Below are positions 8,369 through 18,000 of a DNA stretch of 64,000 nt, in pieces. Made by a program: the position numbers and the translations under genes. Within the stretch, counting starts at the first letter, position 1. Every line of letters starts with the position of its first letter. This stretch comes from Treponemataceae bacterium (GTDB lineage Bacteria > Spirochaetota > Spirochaetia > Treponematales > Rectinemataceae), in the NCBI GenBank assembly GCA_963678065.2, contig CAXXVZ010000002.1, positions 480,001 to 544,000 of the forward strand, written 5' to 3'. The notes beneath the pieces are model-generated. The model was not told the origin of the DNA. It was given only the letters and a program-made list of their open reading frames with translations, and did no database searches.

Positions 8369-9766
8369 TCAAAGCAGCTCCGTCGCCAGTTCGGCCAGCG
8401 GTGAGCGCTCGCTCTTCTGGAAGGTCACGTGCCCGAAGAGCTTCTGCCCCTTGAATCTGTCGACGAGGTAGGTCAGCCCGTTGGAGTTCGCGTCGAGGTA
8501 CATGTTGTCGATCTGGTAGGGGTCGCCCGAGAGGACGACCTTGGTGTTCTCGCCCGCCCGCGAGACGATGGTCTTGACCTCGTGCGGGGTGAGGTTCTGG
8601 ATCTCGTCGACGATGATGAACTGGTTGGGCAGAGAGCGGCCCCGGATGTAGCTCAGGGCCTCGATCTCGATGGTTTTGTCCTTGAGGAGCTGGTCCATGG
8701 ACTTGATGCTCGGGGCCTTGTAGCCGCCGAGGATGAACTCGAGGTTGTCGAAGAGCGGCTGCATCCAGTTCGACATCTTGGCCGATTTTTCTCCGGGCAG
8801 GTAGCCGATGTCCTTGCCGACGGGGACCACGGGCCGGGAGACCAGCATCCGCGTATACTTTTTCTCCTCGACGACCTTGCGCAGACCCGCGGTGATCGCG
8901 AGGAGGGTCTTGCCCGTGCCCGCCTTGCCGAGAAGAGTGACGATGGGGACTGAATCGTCGAGAAGGAGGTCGAGCGCTATCCTCTGCCGCGCATTCAGGG
9001 GGACGATGCCGCAGACCCGTTTCGCCTCCCGCCCGATCAGTCTGATCTGGCGGTTCTCGGGGTCCGATCTGCCGATCGCGGTCCTGATTCCGGCCGCATG
9101 GTCGCCCGCCGCGCGCTCGTTCGGGGCACCATCGCTCGCCGCAGGGCCAGCGGCGGGGCCGTGCTGTCTCTCCGTGAGAATGACGTACTCGTTCGGACAG
9201 AGATTTTCCTTCCAGGGCAGAACCCGGTCTGCGATGAAGGTCTCAAAGTTCTCGGCGGATATGTCGACATCCCTGCAGCCGGCGTAGAGAGTGTTGATGT
9301 CGACCTGCTGTTTCTCGTAGTCTACGGCCTTTATGCCGAGGGAGAGAGCCTTTACTCTGGCGTTGATGTCCTTGGACACGAAGAACACCCGCTCCCGGGT
9401 CTTCTGAATGGCGAAGGCAGTCGCTATGATCTTGTTGTCGTTCCGGTCGAGGGGGAATCCGTTGGGGATGTCAGTCGACAGGGAGAGGGCGACGCGCAGG
9501 ATCGAGTCGTTCTCGAGCCTGACGCCGTCGTGGAGGTTGCCGCCCTTCGTCGCCTCGGCGATGAAGCGAATGGCGTCGCGGGCCGCCTTTCCCCTCTGGT
9601 CGTTGTAGCTCTTGAGATTGTCGAGCTCCTCGAGTACCCAGAGGGGGATGACGATCTCGCTCCCTTTGAAGGAAAGAAGGGCTGTCGGGTTGTGGATGAG
9701 GACGTTCGTGTCGATGACGAAGGTCTTGGTCTTCTCGCTCGTCCGCCTGTCGGTGCCGCCATTCAT
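8369..9766 (-). CDS. phoH: PIN-domain PhoH-family ATPase (PhoH2/YlaK type)
   Basis: N-terminal PIN (VIDTNVL, EELD, VSKDINARVKA); GKAGTGKT, RGRSL, DEIQN, GDPYQID, ERSPLA. Confidence 0.92.
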   Translation of the reverse strand: MNGGTDRRTSEKTKTFVIDTNVLIHNPTALLSFKGSEIVIPLWVLEELDNLKSYNDQRGKAARDAIRFIAEATKGGNLHDGVRLENDSILRVALSLSTDIPNGFPLDRNDNKIIATAFAIQKTRERVFFVSKDINARVKALSLGIKAVDYEKQQVDINTLYAGCRDVDISAENFETFIADRVLPWKENLCPNEYVILTERQHGPAAGPAASDGAPNERAAGDHAAGIRTAIGRSDPENRQIRLIGREAKRVCGIVPLNARQRIALDLLLDDSVPIVTLLGKAGTGKTLLAITAGLRKVVEEKKYTRMLVSRPVVPVGKDIGYLPGEKSAKMSNWMQPLFDNLEFILGGYKAPSIKSMDQLLKDKTIEIEALSYIRGRSLPNQFIIVDEIQNLTPHEVKTIVSRAGENTKVVLSGDPYQIDNMYLDANSNGLTYLVDRFKGQKLFGHVTFQKSERSPLAELATELL

Positions 9767-9849
9767 ATCTTCAATAGTAGGTCATGAATCCCGGCAGTGG
9801 AATGATTTTCCTGTCAAAATATGATAAAAACCATGGAGTGAGGGGAAAC

Positions 9850-10074
9850 ATGGACGAACCGGTTTTCGACAACGACGTTCTCATGAAAATCGCGAATACG
9901 GTCATGCCCTTCGGGAAATACTCGGGCACGCGCCTCGTCGACCTGCCGGAGGCCTATGTCCTGTGGTTCAAGGCAAAGGGCTTCCCTCCGGGCGAACTCG
10001 GCATGCTCCTCGCCTCGGTCTGCGAGATCAAGGTGAATGGGCTCGAATACCTCTTCAGGCCGCTCAAGCGGTAA
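9850..10074 (+). CDS. DUF3820 family small protein
   Basis: MPFGKYSGTRLVDLPEAYVLWF...KVNGLEYL signature. Confidence 0.85.
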   Translation: MDEPVFDNDVLMKIANTVMPFGKYSGTRLVDLPEAYVLWFKAKGFPPGELGMLLASVCEIKVNGLEYLFRPLKR

Positions 10075-10130
10075 GGACGCATTTCACCGAAACCGCTATA
10101 TTGGGTGAAGGAACCGGGAGGACGCACAGC

Positions 10131-11216
10131 ATGAAATTCGGAATCCTGACGAGCGGGGGGGACTGCCCCGGACTCAACGCGGCGATACGCGGCGTGGCCA
10201 AATCGGCCTTCAACAAAGGGGACGCCGTGGCGGTCGGCATTTCGGACGGCTACCGCGGCCTCATCGACAACCGTACCCGCATCCTCAAACCCGAGGATGT
10301 GACGGACATTCTCACCCGCGGGGGCACCATACTCGGTTCCTCGCGCGAAAAGCCCTTCGCGGGGCGCGACGACGCGGCAGTGACGGATGCCGAAGAGGGC
10401 ATGGACAAGCCCGAGCTCATCGTCGAAACCTACCGGAAACTGGAACTCGACTGCCTCGTCGTCCTCGGCGGAAACGGCACGCAGACCACGGCGCACCGTC
10501 TCAAAGAGGAGGGCCTCAAGGTGATAGGCCTTCCCAAGACCATAGACAACGATCTCTACGGCACGGAGGTTTCCTTCGGCTTCCACTCCGCCCTCACGGT
10601 GGCCACCGACGCGGTGGATCGTCTCCACTCGACGGCGAGCTCACACAATCGCGTCATGGTCGTCGAACTCATGGGGCACAAGGCCGGCTGGCTCGCCCTG
10701 AACGCGGGGCTCGCGGGAGGCGGCGACGTCATCCTGATTCCGGAGATACCCTACGACGCCGACTCGGTCGCAAAGCACATCCTGGCCAGGGCCAAATCCG
10801 GCCGCGCCTTCTCCATCGTCGCCGTCGCCGAGGGCGCGCTCTCCGCGGAGGAGGCGGCCCTGGACAAGAAAGAGCGGCGCAAGTTCCGCGCCGCCCAGCC
10901 CTGGCCCTCCATCGGCTACCGCGTGGCTGCGGAAATAGCGCAGCGCACGGATATGGAAACCAGGGTGACCGTCCTCGGCTACCTCCAGCGCGGCGGAATA
11001 CCCTCGGCCTACGACAGGGTGCTCGCGACCTGCTTCGGAGCGGCGGCGGCCGAACTCATGTTCGCGGGGAAATTCGGCCGCATGGTCTGCATGAAAAACG
11101 GCAGCGTCGACTCGATTCCCCTCGCCGACGTCGCCGGCAAGACGCGGAAGGTCCCGATCGACCACGAACTCGTCATGACGGCGCGCAGCGTGGGAACCTG
11201 CTTCGGCGCGAAGTGA
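10131..11216 (+). CDS. pfkA: 6-phosphofructokinase (group III, probably ATP-dependent)
   Basis: TSGGDCPGLNA, GGTILGSSR, GGNGT, PKTIDND, ELMGHKAGW, LGYLQRGG. Confidence 0.92.
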   Translation: MKFGILTSGGDCPGLNAAIRGVAKSAFNKGDAVAVGISDGYRGLIDNRTRILKPEDVTDILTRGGTILGSSREKPFAGRDDAAVTDAEEGMDKPELIVETYRKLELDCLVVLGGNGTQTTAHRLKEEGLKVIGLPKTIDNDLYGTEVSFGFHSALTVATDAVDRLHSTASSHNRVMVVELMGHKAGWLALNAGLAGGGDVILIPEIPYDADSVAKHILARAKSGRAFSIVAVAEGALSAEEAALDKKERRKFRAAQPWPSIGYRVAAEIAQRTDMETRVTVLGYLQRGGIPSAYDRVLATCFGAAAAELMFAGKFGRMVCMKNGSVDSIPLADVAGKTRKVPIDHELVMTARSVGTCFGAK

Positions 11217-11274
11217 GTGCGACGGCGTGACATTCGATGGGGCGCGACATGTCGGAATCGGCTTTCCCGTGCGC

Positions 11275-13389
11275 TCAAAGCGACCGTCTGACGGGTAGTT
11301 CCGCGGGAGGAGCCTCCGCGAGATCCCACAGGGATTTCACTTCCTGATACAGAAATTCCTGCGCGCAGAATTCCTTCGTGCCATCCACAGCTTCGACCGG
11401 AGTCCAGGCCCCGTCGCTTCCGAGACGGTATGCCTGGCGGGAATCTCTGAAATAGGCTTCGAGGGATGCGATTATCCGTCCGCGCATGCCCTCGTCGAGG
11501 ACGGGGAACATCAGCTCTACCCGCCTTTCCAGATTTCGCGGCATCCAGTCCGCGCTGGAAAGGTAAAGTTCTTCTGCCCCTCCGTTCTGGAACCGGATGA
11601 CCCTCGCATGCTCGAGATACCTTCCCACCACGCTGACGACGGAAATGTTTTCGGATTGTCCCGCGACGCCGGGGACAAGCGCGCAGATGCCCCGGACATT
11701 CAGCAGTATCCGGACCCCGGCCCTGTTCGCGGCATACAGCGCGTCGATTATCTGTACATCGACGAGAGAATTCATCTTTGCCATTATCATCCCGGGCATT
11801 TCCGGCGAGGATCGCGAGGCTTCGCGCCCGATGAGGGAGAGCAATCTCTGCTTGAGATCGAAGGGGGCGGCCGAGAGGTGCTGCAGTCTCTGGATGCTCG
11901 AGTAACCGGTAATCGCGTTGAACAATATCGAGGCTTCCGCACAGAGCTCTTCCCGTGCGGTGAACATCGAAATGTCCGCATAAAGCCTCGCGGTTTTGTC
12001 GTTGTAGTTTCCTGTCGAGAGATGCAGATAGCGGCGGATGCCCCCATCCCCTTCCTTGCGCACGATGAGGATGGCCTTGGCGTGCACTTTCAGGCGGGCG
12101 ATTCCGTACACGACGATCGCGCCGGCTTCCTCCAGACTGGCTGCCCGCGATATGTTGTGTTTTTCGTCGAACCGCGCCTTCAGTTCGACGACGACAGTCA
12201 CCTGTTTGCGGTTCCGCGCGGCACGGATCAATGCCCTGATGAACGGTGAATCGCCCGAGGTTCTGTACAGCGTCATCTTTATCGCCAGGACCCCGGGATC
12301 CTCCGCCGCCGCCTCGATGAATCTGACCACCGGATCGAAGGATTCGTAGGGCACCATGAGCATCCGGTCCTTCTGTCTGATGTCGTCCCAGATGGAGCCG
12401 GTCAGGCTGCTGTCGTAAAGGTTCAGAGGCGGCCAGGGAATATCGCGAAGTTCACTCGCTCCCTGCATGAGGCCTTCCCGGCTCGCAAGGTCGTAGAATC
12501 CGCGCAGGTCGATCGGCCCGGAGAACCTGTAGACATCCGCGGGCTCAAGGCAGAATCCGGCCCTCAGTCCATCGATCAAGCTTTCGGAATTTCCGCTCAC
12601 GCTCAGACATACCGGCCAGGAATTCTGCCGCTCCGCCAGCACTTCTTCCATGGCCGCAAGAAAATCGTCGTCCCGATCCTCGTCCACCGGCAGGTCGGCA
12701 TCCCTCGTGACTTTGAACACGATGCGGTCTACGACTGTGTACCCGGGAAACAGCGTGTGTCCGTACCACATGACAATGTCTTCGAGAAGGGCATAGCGGA
12801 CGGTCCCCGTGTTTCCGTCTTCCGGAAGCCGGACAAAGCGGTCGAGGGTTGCGGGTATCTGTACGATCGCCAGGTGAGGGCCATCATCCCGGTCCCGGAG
12901 GTCGAAAGCGGCGTGGATGTGCAGGTTGCCGGCGGAAGGCATTCCGCCTTCCCCGACTGACAGCGGCGTGAGAAGCGGAAAAACGGATTCCGCGAAAAAC
13001 CATTCCAGCCGCGAGACTTCCTCGTCTGTCCATTCTCCGGGGGAAACGAAGGCCAGGCCTTTCTCGCCCAGCTCGGGGAGGATTTCGCGCATGAGGATGC
13101 GGTATTGCAGCGCGACGATGGATGCACCCCTGCGGGAAACCGCCGCGAGCAGTTCCCCGGGACTCATTCCGGATTCGTCCGGAAAAGTATAACCGGCCCG
13201 GATCGACGACTTGATGCGGGCGACCCTGACCATGAAAAACTCGTCGAAATTGGACGAGACGATCGAGAGGAATTTTAGCCTCTCAAGGAGGGGAGTCGAC
13301 GCGCGCGCGGCCTGATCGAGGACCCTGGCGTTGAATTCCATCCAGGAGAGTTCCCGGTTGAAGTACCGCCTGTCCTTCATGGCTTTCAT
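11275..13389 (-). CDS. ppk1: Polyphosphate kinase 1
   Basis: YFNRELSWMEFNARVL, SNFDEFFMVRV, KMTLYRT, ELKARFDE, KVHAK, TGNYN, SADWMPRNLERRVE. Confidence 0.97.
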   Translation of the reverse strand: MKAMKDRRYFNRELSWMEFNARVLDQAARASTPLLERLKFLSIVSSNFDEFFMVRVARIKSSIRAGYTFPDESGMSPGELLAAVSRRGASIVALQYRILMREILPELGEKGLAFVSPGEWTDEEVSRLEWFFAESVFPLLTPLSVGEGGMPSAGNLHIHAAFDLRDRDDGPHLAIVQIPATLDRFVRLPEDGNTGTVRYALLEDIVMWYGHTLFPGYTVVDRIVFKVTRDADLPVDEDRDDDFLAAMEEVLAERQNSWPVCLSVSGNSESLIDGLRAGFCLEPADVYRFSGPIDLRGFYDLASREGLMQGASELRDIPWPPLNLYDSSLTGSIWDDIRQKDRMLMVPYESFDPVVRFIEAAAEDPGVLAIKMTLYRTSGDSPFIRALIRAARNRKQVTVVVELKARFDEKHNISRAASLEEAGAIVVYGIARLKVHAKAILIVRKEGDGGIRRYLHLSTGNYNDKTARLYADISMFTAREELCAEASILFNAITGYSSIQRLQHLSAAPFDLKQRLLSLIGREASRSSPEMPGMIMAKMNSLVDVQIIDALYAANRAGVRILLNVRGICALVPGVAGQSENISVVSVVGRYLEHARVIRFQNGGAEELYLSSADWMPRNLERRVELMFPVLDEGMRGRIIASLEAYFRDSRQAYRLGSDGAWTPVEAVDGTKEFCAQEFLYQEVKSLWDLAEAPPAELPVRRSL

Positions 13390-13399
13390 GGTTTTCTCC

Positions 13400-14959
13400 T
13401 CATTCGAGGACCGGCTCCAGTCCGTAGACATCGAAAAACATTTCTCCTTTTTCCTTCAGGGACAATCTTTCCAGCGTCAGATCCGATTCTCCGCCGGTGT
13501 CGATGATGAACCTGTCTTCCGACTTCCGGAAAACCGGCTTGCCCGTCCTGCCTTTGTGGCCCCGGTCAAGGGCGTCGGCCACACGGAGTATGGCAGCCAG
13601 TTTAGAGACCCGAATCCTGTCTTCGCGGGCGAGGGCGATGAAATTGAGATGGCTGGGCGCAGGAGGCTGTCTCCGGTGGTAGCGGACAATGTTCGCGACA
13701 ATTCCGAGGTCATGGGCGTTCAGTCCGAATATTTCGGAGTTGCTTATGATGTACTCACCATGTTTGTGGTGGCCCGAGGCACGGACAAAGGCGCCGATAT
13801 CGTGAAGGAGCGAGGCGGTCTCGAGGAGGATTCTGTCACGTCCGGTCAGACCGTATTCGCCGGACAGCGAGTCGAACACGCCCAGGGCGAGCCTCACGAC
13901 CGCGCGCGCGTGGTCTTCTCCAAACCGGTATTTCCGCCCCAGGGCCATGGCGCTCGCGGCGATCTGCCTGTGGATCTCGGTTCCGATGCCGCTTCCGGAG
14001 CCGTTTGCCGCGGACAGGAGAAGGCCTTCGCGGATCGAGACTTCAGGTATGACGACAGTGTCTGCCTGCGTACGCGCGAGAAAAAGTCCCGCCATGACGA
14101 GACCCATCACGAATCCCTCCGCCTCGGACCAGGGAATATTGTATGCGGTGACACACTCTGCGGGGGTCAACCCATCGAGATCCCGGACGAAAGCGAGAAA
14201 TTTCTGGCTCGGAAGTTCGGAATAATGACCGGAATCCGCGCCGCCGATCCGGCCCGCCGCGAATCGCGCATCAGATCCGATGAGGATGAAGGTTTTGACC
14301 GAACCGAGGGAGAGTTCTCCGTCTATGCGGTCGCAGGAATTCCTGACGCGCTCTTCGAGAATGGAGCGCATGCTCTCCCGCGATGTTCCCGCACTGCGGA
14401 CATTTTCGCCGACCCTCACCGTACCGAAGCGGAGGGAGTGAGAAAAGGCCATGCGCCCACGCCTCAGGATCATCACCTCGGTCGTACCGCCGCCGACCTC
14501 GAGAATCAGGGAATTTGATCCCGTGAGCACCTTCGGTCGATCCTTCAGCGCATACCGGACGGCGAGATACATGAGGTGGCTCTCTTCGATATCTTCGATG
14601 AGGACTATCCGGAATCCGGTCTGGAGGAATACCCTGTCCTGAAAGGTATCCCGGTTGCTCGCTTCCCTGAGCGCGCTCGTGGCGAAAACCCTGACATCCG
14701 CGGCTTCGATGCCGTACCCTCCGAGAAATTCACGGAAGGAAACAAGCACAGCCAGGCTTTCTCTCATCGCTTCACGGGAAATATGGCCGAGGGCGAAGGA
14801 ATCCCGGCCGAGCCTGCTGGGTCTGGAAATGCGTTCGAGAATGTGAATGTCCTTCCCGTCTCCGATCTGGGCAATCGCGAGCCTGAGACCCGTCGAACCG
14901 ATTTCGATGACCGATAGCAGCCGCCTGTTTTCCGCGTTCCGGTCCGGGCTTTCCGACAT
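13400..14959 (-). CDS. ppx: Exopolyphosphatase Ppx/GppA with C-terminal HD domain
   Basis: IEIGSTGLRL, ATSALREA, EES, EVGGGTTE, IREG, LLHDIG, HHKHG, LRVADALD. Confidence 0.93.
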   Translation of the reverse strand: MSESPDRNAENRRLLSVIEIGSTGLRLAIAQIGDGKDIHILERISRPSRLGRDSFALGHISREAMRESLAVLVSFREFLGGYGIEAADVRVFATSALREASNRDTFQDRVFLQTGFRIVLIEDIEESHLMYLAVRYALKDRPKVLTGSNSLILEVGGGTTEVMILRRGRMAFSHSLRFGTVRVGENVRSAGTSRESMRSILEERVRNSCDRIDGELSLGSVKTFILIGSDARFAAGRIGGADSGHYSELPSQKFLAFVRDLDGLTPAECVTAYNIPWSEAEGFVMGLVMAGLFLARTQADTVVIPEVSIREGLLLSAANGSGSGIGTEIHRQIAASAMALGRKYRFGEDHARAVVRLALGVFDSLSGEYGLTGRDRILLETASLLHDIGAFVRASGHHKHGEYIISNSEIFGLNAHDLGIVANIVRYHRRQPPAPSHLNFIALAREDRIRVSKLAAILRVADALDRGHKGRTGKPVFRKSEDRFIIDTGGESDLTLERLSLKEKGEMFFDVYGLEPVLE

Positions 14960-15013
14960 CTTTATCTCAAAGCCTGCGGACGAAGGTGCCCCGGAGAATG
15001 GCTCCGGCCATGC

Positions 15014-15505
15014 TCAATCCCCGGACAGCGATGGCAGGTAATCCTCCAGCGCCTTGTTCACGATATCGGAATAACCGACAGGACTATGTTCGTGGGCGGG
15101 GGATTCGTTCAGCTTCTCTACCGCCGCCTTCAGGATCGTATACGTGCGGGGTCCGAATTCCACTTTTCTTTTTTCGGGAACCAGCGCCAGCTCTCCGGAC
15201 TGACGGAAGGGTTTGAAAGAACCGCCCTCCGCTTCGTTCTCCGACTCCGTTTCCGTCACCGTTCCAGCACGGGCTTTGTCGCTGTTCGCCGTTTCCGCGG
15301 AGAAATGCCGCTGCGTGCTTATGCCCAGATAGAGCGCCAGCGCATCGTTGATGACATCCGAGAGTTTTATCTTCGGGATGATGCGGAGCGGATCGCTGTT
15401 GGCACGCTCGAGAAACGCGGTCAGATGGATCCAGCAATGGGGTTCAATTCCGACAGTCATTTTTTTCGATCTTGTCCGGTGCTTCGATTCTTTCTCGCCG
15501 CCCAT
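15014..15505 (-). CDS. Hypothetical protein with two tandem RHH-like repeats
   Basis: Repeats KKMTVGI...SDVINDALALYLG and KRKVEFG...SDIVNKALEDYL; homologous to the two divergent ORFs; SD-like GGGGGAA before ATG 15505. Confidence 0.7.
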   Translation of the reverse strand: MGGEKESKHRTRSKKMTVGIEPHCWIHLTAFLERANSDPLRIIPKIKLSDVINDALALYLGISTQRHFSAETANSDKARAGTVTETESENEAEGGSFKPFRQSGELALVPEKRKVEFGPRTYTILKAAVEKLNESPAHEHSPVGYSDIVNKALEDYLPSLSGD

Positions 15506-15647
15506 GCGCTTTTCCCCCGATGTAGCCATCGTGAAACGATACGGCATCTGTATACCAGCAAGGCTGACCGGGGCGCAATGAAATTTGTCGCAATTAACCC
15601 ATTTCTCACACTGATAACTATTTGCTCATATTTCTCCGCCTCGACTC

Positions 15648-15701
15648 TTGTTTATGAACATGCAGCATGCATATAATCAATGCATACGATGCATTGATTA
15701 T
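15648..15701 (+). promoter_or_regulatory. Putative promoter (TTGTTT-18-TATAAT) overlapped by a perfect 13-bp inverted-repeat operator
   Basis: ATAATCAATGCAT-acg-ATGCATTGATTAT at 15673-15701; TATAAT at 15672-15677. Confidence 0.7.
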
Positions 15702-15717
15702 GCGAACGGAGAACGCC

Positions 15718-15990
15718 ATGAAAGACAAGAAAAAGGATTCAGAGAAAGATCCAGACCGAAAAAAACAGCAGACATCTGCCGATGCCGCGGACAATTCAGG
15801 GATTGCGGAGCCCGACGCCGATTCGAAACGGCTTCATCTTCACATAGCGCGGGCCAACTGGAAAAGGATCGAGGCCGAAATCGAGGCCTTCAACCATGAT
15901 CCCGGGCGGATAACGCCGAAAATTTCCACGGCCCACGTCATCAACAGGGCTCTTGCACGGTATTTCGGCCTCGGCGAAGGGGGAAATTGA
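15718..15990 (+). CDS. Hypothetical RHH-like small protein
   Basis: Lys/Asp-rich tail, then KRLHLHI / helix / NHDPGRITPKISTAHVINRALARYFG; SD GGAG. Confidence 0.75.
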   Translation: MKDKKKDSEKDPDRKKQQTSADAADNSGIAEPDADSKRLHLHIARANWKRIEAEIEAFNHDPGRITPKISTAHVINRALARYFGLGEGGN

Positions 15991-15992
15991 AA

Positions 15993-16271
15993 ATGGGCAA
16001 AAAAGATTCGCAAAAAAAAGACAAAAAGAGAACGGAGTTTGCGGAACCCTCCTCTCCCGTTCAGGATGGCGGCGACGAATCCGGGAAAAAAGCCAAGAGG
16101 GTAAACATCGACATAGCGCCGGGACTGCACAGACTTCTGAAAAACAGGGTCAGCGAGCTGAACTCCTCGCCGGAGAGCGCGACGAGACCGTTTACTCAAG
16201 CTGACGTAGTGAACGATGCCTTAGCCAGGTATTTCGGCGGTCAGGGGATCCTCAAACGGGGAGAAAGCTGA
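15993..16271 (+). CDS. Hypothetical RHH-like small protein
   Basis: Lys-rich tail, then KRVNIDI / helix / LNSSP...ADVVNDALARYFG; starts 2 bp after the previous stop. Confidence 0.75.
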   Translation: MGKKDSQKKDKKRTEFAEPSSPVQDGGDESGKKAKRVNIDIAPGLHRLLKNRVSELNSSPESATRPFTQADVVNDALARYFGGQGILKRGES

Positions 16272-16345
16272 ACCACGGCGCGGGTTCGCTTCCCACACCT
16301 TCCCGGTTCCGACAGGCTTTCGTCCCCAACACGGCCGGCGCGCAC

Positions 16346-17203
16346 TCAGCGCTGTACGCGTTGGGTGCGTTTGAGGCGCATGGCTCCCGCTTCCAGGGCG
16401 ATCGCCACCGCGAGAATGAGCCAGGTGATGAAGCCGACTTCATGCAGGTTGAGATAGAAACCCGAAGCCATGAACAGGTCAAAACCGATTCCTCCCGCTC
16501 CGGCGGCGGCGCCCATCGCCACGGCGTTGGTAAAATTCATCTCGAAACGCATGAAGGTCCAGGAAATAATCCGGCCCATGGACGAGGGGAGGACTGCCTG
16601 TGCCACAATCTGAAGCCAGTTCGCGCCGGAAGCTCTCAAGGCTTCGATCGTTTCGCCGTCGATCTCCTCGAACGATTCCGAGTAAGCCTTGAGCAGATAG
16701 CCGAAGGAATGAAAACTCATGCCGACTATGGCGGCCACGCTTCCGAGGCCAGCCCCGATTGCGAATATGAGAACCCAGAGAACGGTCGGCACGGCGCGGA
16801 TGAAGGCCACGAAACCCTTGAGCACCGCGGACACTATCGGATTGCCGAGGTTTCTAGCGGCAGGCAATCCGAACAACAGAGCGAAAAAAGCGCCGATCAG
16901 CGTCGTGAGAAAACCGAGACACAGTGTCGCAAGGAGCGATCCCAGGGCATCGCCGAATCCGAAGTGTACTGCGGCGGGCTTGCTGATCATGAGCCAGATG
17001 TCGGAAAAAAACCTTCCTGCAGCCTTCGGCAGGTTCTGGACGCCCGCATCGAGAAGAAAAAAACCCGCGAGGGAGATGGACAGAAGTACTCCCACTGTGA
17101 GCGCGAGGGTGACTGAAGAAAGACTTGCGGTCCGGAGCGGATAGTTCCCGGCATCGAATCTTTCCGGAATTTCGGGTCGAGGCGATTTCGCGGCCTTTTT
17201 CAC
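16346..17203 (-). CDS. phnE: Phosphonate ABC permease
   Basis: RAVPTVLW, KAYSESFEEID, EALRASGA, GAGGIG; GTG start overlaps the upstream stop. Confidence 0.9.
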   Translation of the reverse strand: MKKAAKSPRPEIPERFDAGNYPLRTASLSSVTLALTVGVLLSISLAGFFLLDAGVQNLPKAAGRFFSDIWLMISKPAAVHFGFGDALGSLLATLCLGFLTTLIGAFFALLFGLPAARNLGNPIVSAVLKGFVAFIRAVPTVLWVLIFAIGAGLGSVAAIVGMSFHSFGYLLKAYSESFEEIDGETIEALRASGANWLQIVAQAVLPSSMGRIISWTFMRFEMNFTNAVAMGAAAGAGGIGFDLFMASGFYLNLHEVGFITWLILAVAIALEAGAMRLKRTQRVQR

Positions 17204-18000
17204 AGAATTATCCTCCGTATGGCGTTTGAAATCGTTTCGATGACAAGGACTGTCGCGACAATCGCGAGAACGACTGCGGCCGCCGAGGGATATTGCATGC
17301 TCTTGTAATAGAGGTCGAAAAGAAAACCTATGCCTGTTCCCGTCAGGATTCCGACGAGGGTTGCGTCCCTGATATTTGTCTCTACCATGTAGAGCATCCA
17401 GCTGGCCACTTGGGGCATGACGGAGGGCATGACGGCCTGGAGGATGCAAAGAAGCCAAGTCGCTCCCGTCGCCCTCATCGCTTCGACGCTGCTCTGGGCT
17501 GCCTCATCTATCGTTTCGGTAAAGGCGCGAGTCAGGTAACCGACTGTGCCGATAAAGAGCGCCAGGAACCCGGTCAGAACGCTCTGGCCAAAGGACAGAA
17601 GAAAAATCATCGCCCAGGCGACCACGGGTATGTTTCTGCACAGGGACGAGAAGAGACGGACCGGGAGGGAAAAGGCGGGATGGGGTCTTGTGGTCTGCGA
17701 GGAAATGATCGCAAGCACGATGGCGACCGCCGCCGATGCGACGCTCGCCATCACGGAAACGAGAATTGTTTCCCCCAGTCTTGTCAGGATTTTGGGAAGA
17801 TTTGCGAGAGCCTTCGAATCCGGCACGAAATTCCGGGCCATCCACGAGATGGCCTTCGGGAAAGACTCCAGTCCTTTCAAGAAATCGAAATCCACGATGA
17901 CAGACGAGACTGATGCGAGAAGGGAGACGACCGCGAGTCCGGAAAAAAAGATGAGGTTGCGCCTGAAGAGGATGTTTTTCACCGTCAGGGCGGAGTTCAT
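17200..18000 (-). CDS. phnE: Phosphonate ABC permease
   Basis: RNIPVVAW, EAMRATGA, ETNIRDATLVG, GTGIG. Confidence 0.9.
   Translation of the reverse strand: MNSALTVKNILFRRNLIFFSGLAVVSLLASVSSVIVDFDFLKGLESFPKAISWMARNFVPDSKALANLPKILTRLGETILVSVMASVASAAVAIVLAIISSQTTRPHPAFSLPVRLFSSLCRNIPVVAWAMIFLLSFGQSVLTGFLALFIGTVGYLTRAFTETIDEAAQSSVEAMRATGATWLLCILQAVMPSVMPQVASWMLYMVETNIRDATLVGILTGTGIGFLFDLYYKSMQYPSAAAVVLAIVATVLVIETISNAIRRIIL

Noticed and set aside
10131..11216. PPi/polyP-dependent PFK suggested by proximity to ppk1
   Set aside because: GGNGT has Gly at the specificity position (PPi enzymes have Asp), which favours ATP; it is also convergent with ppk1
15014..16271. Toxin-antitoxin or plasmid partition locus
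   Set aside because: All three ORFs are RHH-like; no toxin, ParA/ParM or rep gene is adjacent
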